A stretch of DNA of 60,187 nucleotides. Origin: Pseudomonadota bacterium (GTDB lineage Bacteria > Bdellovibrionota > Bdellovibrionia > Bdellovibrionales > Bdellovibrionaceae). Numbering within the stretch: the stretch's first letter is position 1; each line of letters begins with the position of its first letter. The stretch lies in contig JBEGVH010000023.1 in assembly GCA_041178425.1 (NCBI GenBank), positions 1 through 60,187 of the forward strand, given 5' to 3'. Below, piece by piece: positions 1 to 8,393 of the stretch. The notes below the pieces were generated by a model. That model saw nothing but the letters and a program-made list of their open reading frames with translations, searched no databases and was not told the DNA's origin. A program made the position numbers and the translations under genes.

Positions 1-68
1 TGCAATTAAGTACCCTTGGCCAAACCAACCGCCCCTACTGGGAGAGGTGAGCGTAAGTTCACCGCTCT

Positions 69-140
69 AAAGAAAAAGACCCCCACCGCTAACGATGGAG
101 GTCAAAATGACAAACTTAAACCCACAATTTAAGTTTCGGC
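69..140 (-). ncRNA. Putative antisense sRNA over the RBS and start of the 107-220 peptide
   Basis: Minus strand forms a perfect 9-bp stem (112-120/128-136), then an 11-bp stem with two G-U pairs (78-103) followed by a U-rich tract. Ends are approximate. Confidence 0.5.
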
Positions 141-220
141 GTTTTGTGCGAAGAGCTTTAGTGATCTTGCGCCTAGTTTTACTAGTGTGTGAGATCCTGA
201 AGCGCTTTTTCGAAGAGTAG
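107..220 (+). CDS. 37-aa basic/hydrophobic peptide MTNLNPQFKFRRFVRRALVILRLVLLVCEILKRFFEE, putative type I toxin
   Basis: Hand-translated. GGAGG at 97-101 lies 5 nt before the ATG. Shares the GGAGGTCAnnATG context and CTAGTTTTACTAG (LVLL) with the array peptides. Confidence 0.65.
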   Translation: MTNLNPQFKFRRFVRRALVILRLVLLVCEILKRFFEE

Positions 221-418
221 TATTTACATCTCAACTCTCTCGAACTCTCAAAGGTGGTACGTTTCTGAACTGTGGTCCGTTTTCGGAAGAGCTCGAAGAG
301 AAGCCTCAGGTTTACTTTTAGTAGTTAAGACGATAACCGTTCCCGACCAAGGACGAGGGCGATTCACCCTAAGAGTGGGGAGTCGTATTCAAGGAGTGCG
401 GGGCGGTTGGGGCGGCCG

Positions 419-472
419 TTTTTATAGACCTGTAAAAAATCGCCTTGCCTTTTTTACAGAGGTATAAAAAAA
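419..472. promoter_or_regulatory. Imperfect inverted repeat (operator-like) upstream of ATPase 1
   Basis: tttttatagacctgtaaaaaa ... ttttttacagaggtataaaaaaa immediately before the ATG at 479. Confidence 0.45.
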
Positions 473-478
473 TGCCTT

Positions 479-1609
479 ATGAGGTATTTGTCGCCCTTTA
501 TCAAGAATGATCTGAAAAAGAAAATGGTTTTCATTGGAGGTCCACGTCAATGTGGCAAAACCACATTGAGTTTATCTCTGTTAAAAAACGGTTACGAGGG
601 GGCCTACTTCAATTGGGATCTCTTGGCCGACCGACAAAAAATTCTTGCGGGTCAATGGACTGACCAGCAAGAGCTCTTAATATTTGATGAAATTCATAAA
701 TACAAAAAATGGCGCAATCTTATCAAGGGCTACTACGATACTGAAAAAGAGGATCATAAGTTTCTTGTTACCGGAAGTGCACGACTCGATTACTACCGCC
801 GAGGTGGCGATTCTCTTCTTGGTCGTTACCATTATTGGCGGCTCCACCCTTTTTCTCTTTTTGAGCCAAACCTAAAGTTGCCCCGCAAAGAGATCTATGA
901 GCGGCTACTCACTCTTGGCGGATTTCCGGAGCCTTTTTTAGATAACTCTGAGAGAGAGGCTCGGCGTTGGCGAGAGTCTCGTATTACAAGGGTTATTCGT
1001 GAAGATCTTCGTGATTTAGAGGCCGTTCAAGAGATTCCTTTGATGGAGCTGTTTTATCAAAACTTGCGCTCCAAAGTGGGCTCCACCCTGGCGATTTCTA
1101 CCCTTGCGCAAGAGGTGCAGATTAGTCCGGTCACTGCTAAAAAGTGGTTACGGATCTTTGAACAAATGTACTTGATCTTCACGATCAGCGGATACGATCG
1201 CCAGCTTACGCGAGCTGTTCATAAACCCATCAAGATTTATTTTTACGACACGGGTGAGGTGATTGGTGACGAGTCTCAAAAGTTAGAAAACTTAGTTGCG
1301 ACCCACCTACAGAAGAAGCTCAATTTTATCGAAGACTATGAGGGTTATCGCACAAGGCTTCACTACGCCAAAGATAAGAACCAAAGAGAAGTCGATTTTC
1401 TAGTTATGGTCGATGGAAAAATCAAAGAACTCATCGAGGTCAAACTCAATGATCAGGCAATCAGTCCAAATCTGATCAAGTTTGCCGAGATCCTAAAGCC
1501 CGAAAAAGCCATTCAGCTCGTCAAGTTTACCGAAAAAAGTTGGAGTAAAAACAGACTCACTTTAACGGATCCGATTAAACATTTTGAGTCGCTGGGCGCA
1601 AAAGTTTAG
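479..1609 (+). CDS. AAA_14/DUF4143 family ATP-binding protein
   Basis: Walker A GPRQCGKT, Walker B LIFDEIH, TGSARLD motif, C-terminal EVDF...EVK (PD-(D/E)xK-like). Confidence 0.9.
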   Translation: MRYLSPFIKNDLKKKMVFIGGPRQCGKTTLSLSLLKNGYEGAYFNWDLLADRQKILAGQWTDQQELLIFDEIHKYKKWRNLIKGYYDTEKEDHKFLVTGSARLDYYRRGGDSLLGRYHYWRLHPFSLFEPNLKLPRKEIYERLLTLGGFPEPFLDNSEREARRWRESRITRVIREDLRDLEAVQEIPLMELFYQNLRSKVGSTLAISTLAQEVQISPVTAKKWLRIFEQMYLIFTISGYDRQLTRAVHKPIKIYFYDTGEVIGDESQKLENLVATHLQKKLNFIEDYEGYRTRLHYAKDKNQREVDFLVMVDGKIKELIEVKLNDQAISPNLIKFAEILKPEKAIQLVKFTEKSWSKNRLTLTDPIKHFESLGAKV

Positions 1610-1618
1610 CCAGGAGCA

Positions 1619-1777
1619 GTGAGCGTAAGCTTACCGCTCTTAAGAAAAAGACCCCCACCGCTAACGATGGAGGTCAAAATGACAAACTTAAACCCGCAAT
1701 TTTAGTTTCGGCGTTTTGTGCGAAGAGAAGCCTCAGTTTCACTTTTAGTAGTTAAGACGATAACCGTTCCCGACCAA
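1619..1777 (+). pseudogene. Broken copy L2 of the peptide element
   Basis: Near-identical to 47-350. ATG at 1679, then AAG>TAG at 1703-1705. A 145-bp deletion lies between two cgaagag microhomologies. Confidence 0.8.
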
Positions 1778-1849
1778 AAAAGCCTCCCGTCAGGTCCAGT
1801 CTGTGCTATTTATGGTGACATAATTCGTTTTTGCATGTAAAAACGAATT

Positions 1850-2998
1850 ATGTATCCACGATTGTATAAGCGCCTAAAAAATCAGAGCTTTTTCCTGTTT
1901 GGACCGAGGGGGACGGGCAAATCAACCTGGTTAAGGGCGCAGTTTCCTGAGGCGACCTTCATCGATCTTCTGAGTGCCGAAAACTATCGTTACCTTCTGA
2001 GTAACCCTCATCGCTTGGCCTCTCTAATTCCAAAAGAATCAAAATGTGTTGTTATCGACGAAGTGCAAAAGATTCCAGAATTACTCGACGAAGTTCATAG
2101 GCTCATGGAAACCAAACAGATTCGATTTATTCTGACCGGGAGTTCGGCTCGCAAACTCAAGCGAGAAGGCGTTAACTTGCTGGCGGGGCGAGCGGTGCAA
2201 AGAACCTTCCATCCGCTCACATGTTGGGAGTTAGGAACAGATTTTTCTTTAGAGCAATCCCTGCAGCGAGGCTTATTGCCACTTGCGATTGCCGCCTCCG
2301 ACCCAAAAGACTTTTTGTCTGCTTATGTAAACACCTACCTTCGCGAAGAGGTTCAGGCGGAGGGGATTGTGCGCAATTTGTCGGCGTACGCCCACTTTTT
2401 AGAGATAGCGAGTTTTTCGCAGGCTTCTACGCTCACGATGACAAGCATTGCAAGCGATGTCGGCGTTGATGCTAAAGTCATCGCTTCATACTTTGATGTA
2501 ACAGAAGATCTTTTGTTGTCGATCAGAATTCCCGTTTTTTCGAAGCGGGCGAAGCGGCGATTGAAAAGTCATCCGAAGTTTTTCTTTTTTGATTGCGGGG
2601 TCTTTCGGGCATTGCGCCCAAAGGGGCCTCTTGATAAATCCTCCGAAATTGATGGGCCCGCTCTTGAGACTATGTTCCTTCAGCACTATCGAGCACTCGG
2701 TGAGTTTCTAAGATGGGACCAGCGTCTTCACTACTGGAAGACAGCCAATAATATTGAGGTTGATTTTGTGAGTTACGGTGAAGAGGGGCTTTTCGCTTTC
2801 GAGATCAAGCGAACGGCCCTTGTTCGCCAAGAAGACCTATCCGGCCTACGACTTTTTAAACAAGACTACCCTATGGCTAAGTGTTTTCTATTGAGTACAA
2901 GCCACGAAGAGAAAATCATTGATGATATTCAAATTATTCCGTTTGAAAAGGCGTTACAAAACCTGCCGGCTCTGATGGGGTTTGATTTAAAGATTTGA
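1850..2998 (+). CDS. AAA_14/DUF4143 family ATP-binding protein
   Basis: GPRGTGKS, VIDEVQK, TGSSARKL, EVDF...FEIK. Confidence 0.9.
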   Translation: MYPRLYKRLKNQSFFLFGPRGTGKSTWLRAQFPEATFIDLLSAENYRYLLSNPHRLASLIPKESKCVVIDEVQKIPELLDEVHRLMETKQIRFILTGSSARKLKREGVNLLAGRAVQRTFHPLTCWELGTDFSLEQSLQRGLLPLAIAASDPKDFLSAYVNTYLREEVQAEGIVRNLSAYAHFLEIASFSQASTLTMTSIASDVGVDAKVIASYFDVTEDLLLSIRIPVFSKRAKRRLKSHPKFFFFDCGVFRALRPKGPLDKSSEIDGPALETMFLQHYRALGEFLRWDQRLHYWKTANNIEVDFVSYGEEGLFAFEIKRTALVRQEDLSGLRLFKQDYPMAKCFLLSTSHEEKIIDDIQIIPFEKALQNLPALMGFDLKI

Positions 2999-3041
2999 GG
3001 TTCCTCAAAGAGTTCACGGCCATGTGATCGATTTATTCGGC

Positions 3042-3157
3042 GTGGTTCGTTTTCGGAAGAGCTCGAAAAGTGAACCGAGGGGTTAGTGACCCTTCGTTGT
3101 TCTGTTTTGTTTAGTTCGGACGATGTTCGTTCCCGACGAAGGGTCAGGGCGCTCACC
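3042..3157 (+). repeat. Diverged 3' remnant L3 of the peptide element
   Basis: gtggttcgttttcggaagagctcgaaaag matches 272-300. gacgatgttcgttcccgacgaagg...agggcgctcacc matches ~329-368. Confidence 0.7.
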
Positions 3158-3169
3158 TGAAAGCCATCT

Positions 3170-3209
3170 ATGTTACATAATCCGCAACGAGTTGCGGATT
3201 ATGTAACAT
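3170..3209. promoter_or_regulatory. Perfect 19-bp inverted repeat upstream of ATPase 3
   Basis: atgttacataatccgcaac-ga-gttgcggattatgtaacat. Confidence 0.6.
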
Positions 3210-3261
3210 TATATTGCTATAAGCTGCGGATCTTGATAGACTGAGTCATCAGGAGTGGTTC

Positions 3262-4401
3262 ATGTTTAAAAGAGCTTTGCAATTAAAGGAACTTGTACTC
3301 AAAAATAGTTATTTTCTGTTCGGGCCACGAGCAACTGGCAAAAGTTTTCTCATCGCCAGTGAACTGAAGGGTGCACTCGTTATTGATCTATTGGAAGACG
3401 CAGTCTATGATGATTTGTCACGGCGTCCAGAATCATTGGAAGAGTTGATTAAATCAACTTCGCAGCTTGTGGTCATCGATGAAATTCAGAAGTTGCCTAA
3501 GCTGATGGATGAGGTCCATCGATTGATTGAAAAAAAGAAGATTCGTTTTCTTTTGACTGGAAGTTCTGCTCGCAAATTACGACGGCAAGGGGTTAATATG
3601 CTCGGGGGGCGAGCCCGTGAGGCGCATCTGTTCCCTTTAACGTACCATGAGCTTGGCAATAAATTTAATTTATTAAAGTATCTCAATTATGGTGGCCTAC
3701 CATTAATTTATAAGTCATCTGAGCCGATCGAAGATCTCCGCGCGTATTGTAAAACGTATTTGAATGAAGAAATTAAAATTGAGGCAGCAGTTCGTAACTA
3801 TGACAGGTTTGTACGATTTCTTGAGACAATGGCTGTGAGCAATGGGCAGGAATTGAACTACGAGGGGCTTGCGTCAGATTGTGGTGTGCCAGCAAGGACT
3901 CTTGAGGGCCACATAGAAGTTCTAAAAGACACTTTGATAGCTTATGAATTACTTCCATTTACCAAGACCCTAAAAAGAAAAGCTGTCACACGATCAAAGT
4001 TTTATTTTTTCGATCCTGGAATCGCGAATTTTTTTGCACAGAAGTTGCCCATGCCCGAAGGTTCATCTGATTTAGGGACATGCTTTGAACAGTTTATTAT
4101 TAATGAAGTTCGAGCCTATCTTGATTACAGCAGAAAACTGAGCAAATTAACTTACTGGCGTTCGAGAAAGTCGGAGGTTGATCTTATCGTTGGCAAAAAA
4201 CTGGCGATAGAGATTAAATTTGGTCAGAAATTCAAGCCAGAGTACGCTGATGGTTTGATGGCCCTACGAGAAGAGGGCCTCATAGACAGGTATGTAGTTG
4301 TTGGTCGATTCCAAACAGCCGGAACTTATCAGGGCATTGATTATATGAGTTACAAAAAGTTTTTGAACGAGCTTTGGAGTGATAAGCTGGGTTTAACGTA
4401 A
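3262..4401 (+). CDS. AAA_14/DUF4143 family ATP-binding protein
   Basis: GPRATGKS, VIDEIQK, TGSSARKL, EVDL...IEIK. Confidence 0.9.
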   Translation: MFKRALQLKELVLKNSYFLFGPRATGKSFLIASELKGALVIDLLEDAVYDDLSRRPESLEELIKSTSQLVVIDEIQKLPKLMDEVHRLIEKKKIRFLLTGSSARKLRRQGVNMLGGRAREAHLFPLTYHELGNKFNLLKYLNYGGLPLIYKSSEPIEDLRAYCKTYLNEEIKIEAAVRNYDRFVRFLETMAVSNGQELNYEGLASDCGVPARTLEGHIEVLKDTLIAYELLPFTKTLKRKAVTRSKFYFFDPGIANFFAQKLPMPEGSSDLGTCFEQFIINEVRAYLDYSRKLSKLTYWRSRKSEVDLIVGKKLAIEIKFGQKFKPEYADGLMALREEGLIDRYVVVGRFQTAGTYQGIDYMSYKKFLNELWSDKLGLT

Positions 4402-4533
4402 TACAAGAGTGAGTGAGCTTTTCCGGAAACTGGCGTGAGCCGTAGTCAGCAGTCTTCAAACTCTTCCGAATATAAAATATATTTTACAATAAGTGGTTTT
4501 AATATAAACTATAGTTAATATTATGGAGAAGTT

Positions 4534-4706
4534 ATGCATATGCCAGCTAAAGCCAAGAAAGCATTGAAGGATCTTGGTCAACAAATCAGAATTGCTCGAA
4601 AAAGGCGCCTGCTAACCCGATAGACACCATAGGAATCGAGTTAATGGACGCGCGATTGCCAAAAAAAATCAAAACCAAAAAACAAGGTCTTGATAATGAT
4701 TTCTAA
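4534..4706 (+). pseudogene. Internally deleted XRE/HipB-like HTH antitoxin
   Basis: Reads MHMPAKAKKALKDLGQQIRIARKRRLLTR then stops. A C-terminal-like DTIGIELMDARLPKKIK segment follows and the HTH core is missing. Confidence 0.6.
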
Positions 4707-5188
4707 GGAATGCTTTGTTTATATTCAGCTTCCAGGCACTTTAAACACAGTCACTGCGGGAAAAGGTATTTCAAACAGTACTCAATGAGGGCGTCCACGG
4801 CCCACTTCGTGATGCAGCTCCCGATAGCTGGGGCCGATTCATTATTCAAAAAAACACCCCCCCATCGGAACACGATCCCGATCACCCCAGAAATCATGGG
4901 TTTATTCATAATGGCAACGGCTATCGACTCTCTCCGGTCTATGATTTAGTTCCAAAGGCGGAGACGGGCAGCACAAGATACCTGGCCATGCAAGTTGGCG
5001 ATCTTGGGAAAGTTTTTAATCAGCAGAATCTTTTTTCCAGAGTAGGCGATTTCGGGCTTGAGGTCGATGAAGCAAAAGCAATTTTTAAAGATACAAAGTC
5101 TAAACTACAAGGGTGGCGATCCTTTTATAAAAAATTGAATCTTTCCTCATTGGATCTAGAATATCGTGAGGGCGCTTTTAAACATTAG
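4696..5188 (+). pseudogene. Fragmented HipA-family kinase
   Basis: N-terminal MISKECFVYIQLPGTLNTVTAGK and C-terminal GYRLSPVYDLVP...YLAMQVG fragments. Most of the kinase domain is absent. Confidence 0.65.
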
Positions 5189-5276
5189 GAAAATCTGTAG
5201 CTCAAGGCCGGAAGGCCATCTCTAGGCCGAGGTCTCTTTTGATGGTTTAGCTGAAAATAGGGGTCACCATAACTAT

Positions 5277-5323
5277 ATTAGATATAATATAAATCCAATG
5301 TTATTATCGATATTATATCTAAT
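5277..5323. promoter_or_regulatory. AT-rich inverted repeat upstream of hipB-like gene (possible operator)
   Basis: attagatataata (5277-5289) / tattatatctaat (5311-5323). Confidence 0.4.
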
Positions 5324-5394
5324 CTAATATAATAACCATAGTGTTTTGCTAAATTATATGATATCTACTATAGTAATGCTTAGATTGAGGATTT

Positions 5395-5652
5395 ATGACA
5401 AAAAGAAAATTAGAACCAGAATCTCATTTAGCAAAGTTTGTTCGCAAGCATAGAAAATCATTGGGGTACAATCAGGAGCAATTTGCTTTAAGGGTGGGTG
5501 TCGGGCTTAATTTCATAAGGGACCTCGAGCAAGGGAAGATATCTGTGCGGTTGGACAAAGCAAATGAAGTCCTCGCTTTTTTTGGCTATGAATTAGTACC
5601 CCAGTTAAAAAGTCATGCCCCAATGAAAACAGACGAAGTAGACCTCAAATGA
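5395..5652 (+). CDS. HipB-like XRE HTH antitoxin (y4mF-like)
   Basis: FVRKHRKSLGYNQEQFALRVGVGLNFIRDLEQGK HTH. Overlaps the hipA start (ATGA). Confidence 0.85.
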   Translation: MTKRKLEPESHLAKFVRKHRKSLGYNQEQFALRVGVGLNFIRDLEQGKISVRLDKANEVLAFFGYELVPQLKSHAPMKTDEVDLK

Positions 5653-6995
5653 AATCAGAGAAAGTCTATTTTAAAGGGTTGCTAGCCGGAATTATATCAG
5701 AAGAGCCCACTGGTGAAATCTCCTTTCAGTATGACCCAAATTATCTTGCCGATTTATCTTTACCCCCCATCAGCGTTAGCTTGCCTAAGCAAAGCGAGCC
5801 ATTCAAGGGCGATGGTTTACCATCGTTTTTTGATGGATTGATCCCCGAGGGATGGTTATTAACTCTTGCTGCCGAACAATATAAACTAAACCCTATAAGG
5901 GATAGATTTTCGCTTTTATTGGCAACATGTCAGGATACAATTGGTGCAGTAACAATCGGTGCGGCAGCCATTCGTGAGCCCAAACATCCACAGAAATGGG
6001 ATCAGGTTGAATTAAGAATTTCCTTGAAAGAGCTCAGCAGAAAATTTGATCGTTGTTTATATTGTTACCAGCCAATCGATAATAAACAAGAATTCCTTTA
6101 CCATCGCAATTGTTCACTCGAAATATTTAATACCGAAATTCCGCCAGTCCTTGATTTTGATAATGAAAAAATTAAGGAATTGGGCTTGCAAACAATTAAC
6201 GAAAAACTTGCTGTGCCAGGAGTTCAAAAGAAAATATCTCTGTCTCTTGATGAAGAGACTGGCAAGAATGGCCAAAGAGCCTTTCGAATGACCGTTGCTA
6301 ATTTATGGGCGCGCTACATTTTAAAGCCAAAAAGTAACCCACCCCATTTGCCGGAAAATGAACACTTGAACCTTTTAATGGCGAGACAAGCCGGAATAAA
6401 AACTGCCAATTCTGGTTTGCTTCCATTAAAAAATGGACAGCTAGCATTTATTTCTGAGCGGTTTGATCGTCCCCAAAGCGGAGGTAAGAATCATATGGAA
6501 GATTTTTGCCAAATTCTTGGAAAAAGACCAGAGCAAAAATATATTGGAAGTGTAGAGCAAGTCGGCAAACAACTTAGAAATATTACTTACATCAATGCGC
6601 CAGAAGACAACATATTGAGATTATTCGAGCTCGTTGTCTTTTGTTATCTAACAGGAAACGCCGATCTTCACCTCAAAAATATATCTGTATTATGGAGTCC
6701 CATGCCATCCCTATCCCCGGCCTACGATTTATTGTGCACTGATGCTTGGATAAAAGATGATGAAGAAACAGCACTTTCGATTTCTGGTAAAAAAAATAAG
6801 CTGAATAAATTAGATTTCGAAAAATTATATTTACACTTAGGAATCAAACCAAAAGTTGCAAACAATGTGTACGCTCACATGGCAAAACAAATTCAAAACT
6901 GGCAGGAATTGATAGATGCTAGTTATTTAGAAGAAGAGTACAAAGAGAAATTCAAAGAGCTTCTCCATAATAGGGCAAAAACACTATTTTCTTAA
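5649..6995 (+). CDS. hipA: HipA-family Ser/Thr kinase toxin with N-terminal couple_hipA domain
   Basis: FFDGLIPEGW, VPGVQKK, ERFDR, HMEDFCQ, GNADLHLKNIS, LSPAYD. Confidence 0.9.
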   Translation: MKSEKVYFKGLLAGIISEEPTGEISFQYDPNYLADLSLPPISVSLPKQSEPFKGDGLPSFFDGLIPEGWLLTLAAEQYKLNPIRDRFSLLLATCQDTIGAVTIGAAAIREPKHPQKWDQVELRISLKELSRKFDRCLYCYQPIDNKQEFLYHRNCSLEIFNTEIPPVLDFDNEKIKELGLQTINEKLAVPGVQKKISLSLDEETGKNGQRAFRMTVANLWARYILKPKSNPPHLPENEHLNLLMARQAGIKTANSGLLPLKNGQLAFISERFDRPQSGGKNHMEDFCQILGKRPEQKYIGSVEQVGKQLRNITYINAPEDNILRLFELVVFCYLTGNADLHLKNISVLWSPMPSLSPAYDLLCTDAWIKDDEETALSISGKKNKLNKLDFEKLYLHLGIKPKVANNVYAHMAKQIQNWQELIDASYLEEEYKEKFKELLHNRAKTLFS

Positions 6996-7060
6996 GTTGC
7001 AACCGCCACCGAAGCCCCATGGTTCAAACGCTCCCCTCGGAGCGGTTGGGGCGGCCACCC

Positions 7061-7321
7061 CTACCGCAAATTCTTAAACGCCACTCGCAGCGACTCCTGC
7101 CAGAGGGGCATCTCTAAGCCGAGGTCTCGTTTGAGCTTTGCTTGCGACAACCGAGAGTTGAGCGGGCGTTTGGCGGGAGTGGGGTAATCGCTCGAAGGGA
7201 TGGGTTTTATGGTGTTAACCTTTAACGAGTAACCAAACTCAGGCGCCAACCGAAAAATCTCCGTCGCAAACTCATACCAAGAGCAGTAACCGCCACCGCA
7301 TACGTTATAAACTGAGCTCAT
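7061..7321 (-). pseudogene. rfbD: 3' fragment of dTDP-4-dehydrorhamnose reductase
   Basis: Only the C-terminus is present (SWYEFA...YPTPAKRPLNSRL...PLWQESL). No Rossmann domain. Confidence 0.75.
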
Positions 7322-8385
7322 GCAAACAATGTTACTTTAGATTCGACCGTTTGGATCCAAGCTCTATTATTCAAATACCAATCAATTGTGGAGGCTAGGC
7401 TCTCTTCAAAACTCTGATGATTCGGTTTGTAATTGAGCTCTTTCCTGGCTTTTGAATCATCGACCGCATATCTGAAGTCATGACCTGCACGATCCTCCAC
7501 AAAAGAAATTAGCTCCAGATAGCTTTTCCCATTGGGCCGCGGTTGCTTGGAGTCTAAAATCTTGCAGATCATTTCAATGATTTCAATATTTCGCCTTTCG
7601 GTTCCGCCGCCAAAGCAATACGATTCTCCTGGTTTGCCGCCCATCAACGCAGCCCAAATACCATCGCAGTGATCCTCAACATGAATCCAATCGCGAATAT
7701 TTAAACCTGACCCATAAACAGAGAGTGACCTCTCCCGTAAGGCACTCAAAATCATTCTGGGTATCAATTTTTCGGGCAACTGCCGCGGGCCGTAATTATT
7801 TGAACAGTGGGTAACAATTGTTGGGAGTCCAAACGTATGGAACCAGGCCTTCACCAAGTGGTCTGCGGCAGCCTTGGTGGCCGAGTAGGGTGATCGGGGT
7901 GAGTAGCTTGAAGTCTCAGAGAATGCTTGGGCGTGTTCTTCAAGTGAGCCAAACACCTCGTCGGTGGAAACTTGCAGAAAAACGAAATCATTTTTTTCTT
8001 GATCTGTGAGCTTCAGATAATAATTTTGGGCAGCTTCCAGAAGATTATGCGTGCCTAATATGTTAGTGTGTATAAACAGTTCAGGAGAGGCAATCGCTCT
8101 ATCAACGCTTGATTCAGCGGCAAAATTAAGAATAGCTTTGGGACGGTGCTGTTCAAATACTGAAGCCATCAAAGCACGATCAGCAATATCGCCCTTGATG
8201 AAGTCAAAAGAGGGGTTTCCAGTGAGGCCCTCAAAGTTTATTTCATGCCCAGCATAGGTTAGATTATCAACGACAACCATTTTAATATTTTTGCGAAAAA
8301 GAAGTCGCAAAAAAGAGCTTCCTATAAAGCCCGCAGCCCCTGTGACGATCATTGAATATTGAAAGGGTCTACTTTGAAGCCTCAT
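7318..8385 (-). CDS. rfbB: dTDP-glucose 4,6-dehydratase
   Basis: VTGAAGFIGS, AAESSVDR, VSTDEVFG, YSATK, NNYGPRQ, RDWIHVEDH. Confidence 0.92.
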   Translation of the reverse strand: MRLQSRPFQYSMIVTGAAGFIGSSFLRLLFRKNIKMVVVDNLTYAGHEINFEGLTGNPSFDFIKGDIADRALMASVFEQHRPKAILNFAAESSVDRAIASPELFIHTNILGTHNLLEAAQNYYLKLTDQEKNDFVFLQVSTDEVFGSLEEHAQAFSETSSYSPRSPYSATKAAADHLVKAWFHTFGLPTIVTHCSNNYGPRQLPEKLIPRMILSALRERSLSVYGSGLNIRDWIHVEDHCDGIWAALMGGKPGESYCFGGGTERRNIEIIEMICKILDSKQPRPNGKSYLELISFVEDRAGHDFRYAVDDSKARKELNYKPNHQSFEESLASTIDWYLNNRAWIQTVESKVTLFA

Positions 8386-8393
8386 TTTTGATT

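Larger units (their letters stand above)
16..420 (+). repeat. Structured repeat element, left copy L1 (putative type I toxin mRNA unit)
   Basis: 47-350 recurs at 1619-1777 and partly at 3042-3157. ggccaaaccaaccgcccc (18-35) is largely complementary to ggggcggttggggcggcc (400-417). Contains the small ORF 107-220. Confidence 0.7.

Noticed and set aside
47..3157. Integron attC sites between the ATPase genes
   Set aside because: No integron integrase and no convincing RYYYAAC/GTTRRRY box pairs. The repeats are better explained as peptide-module remnants.
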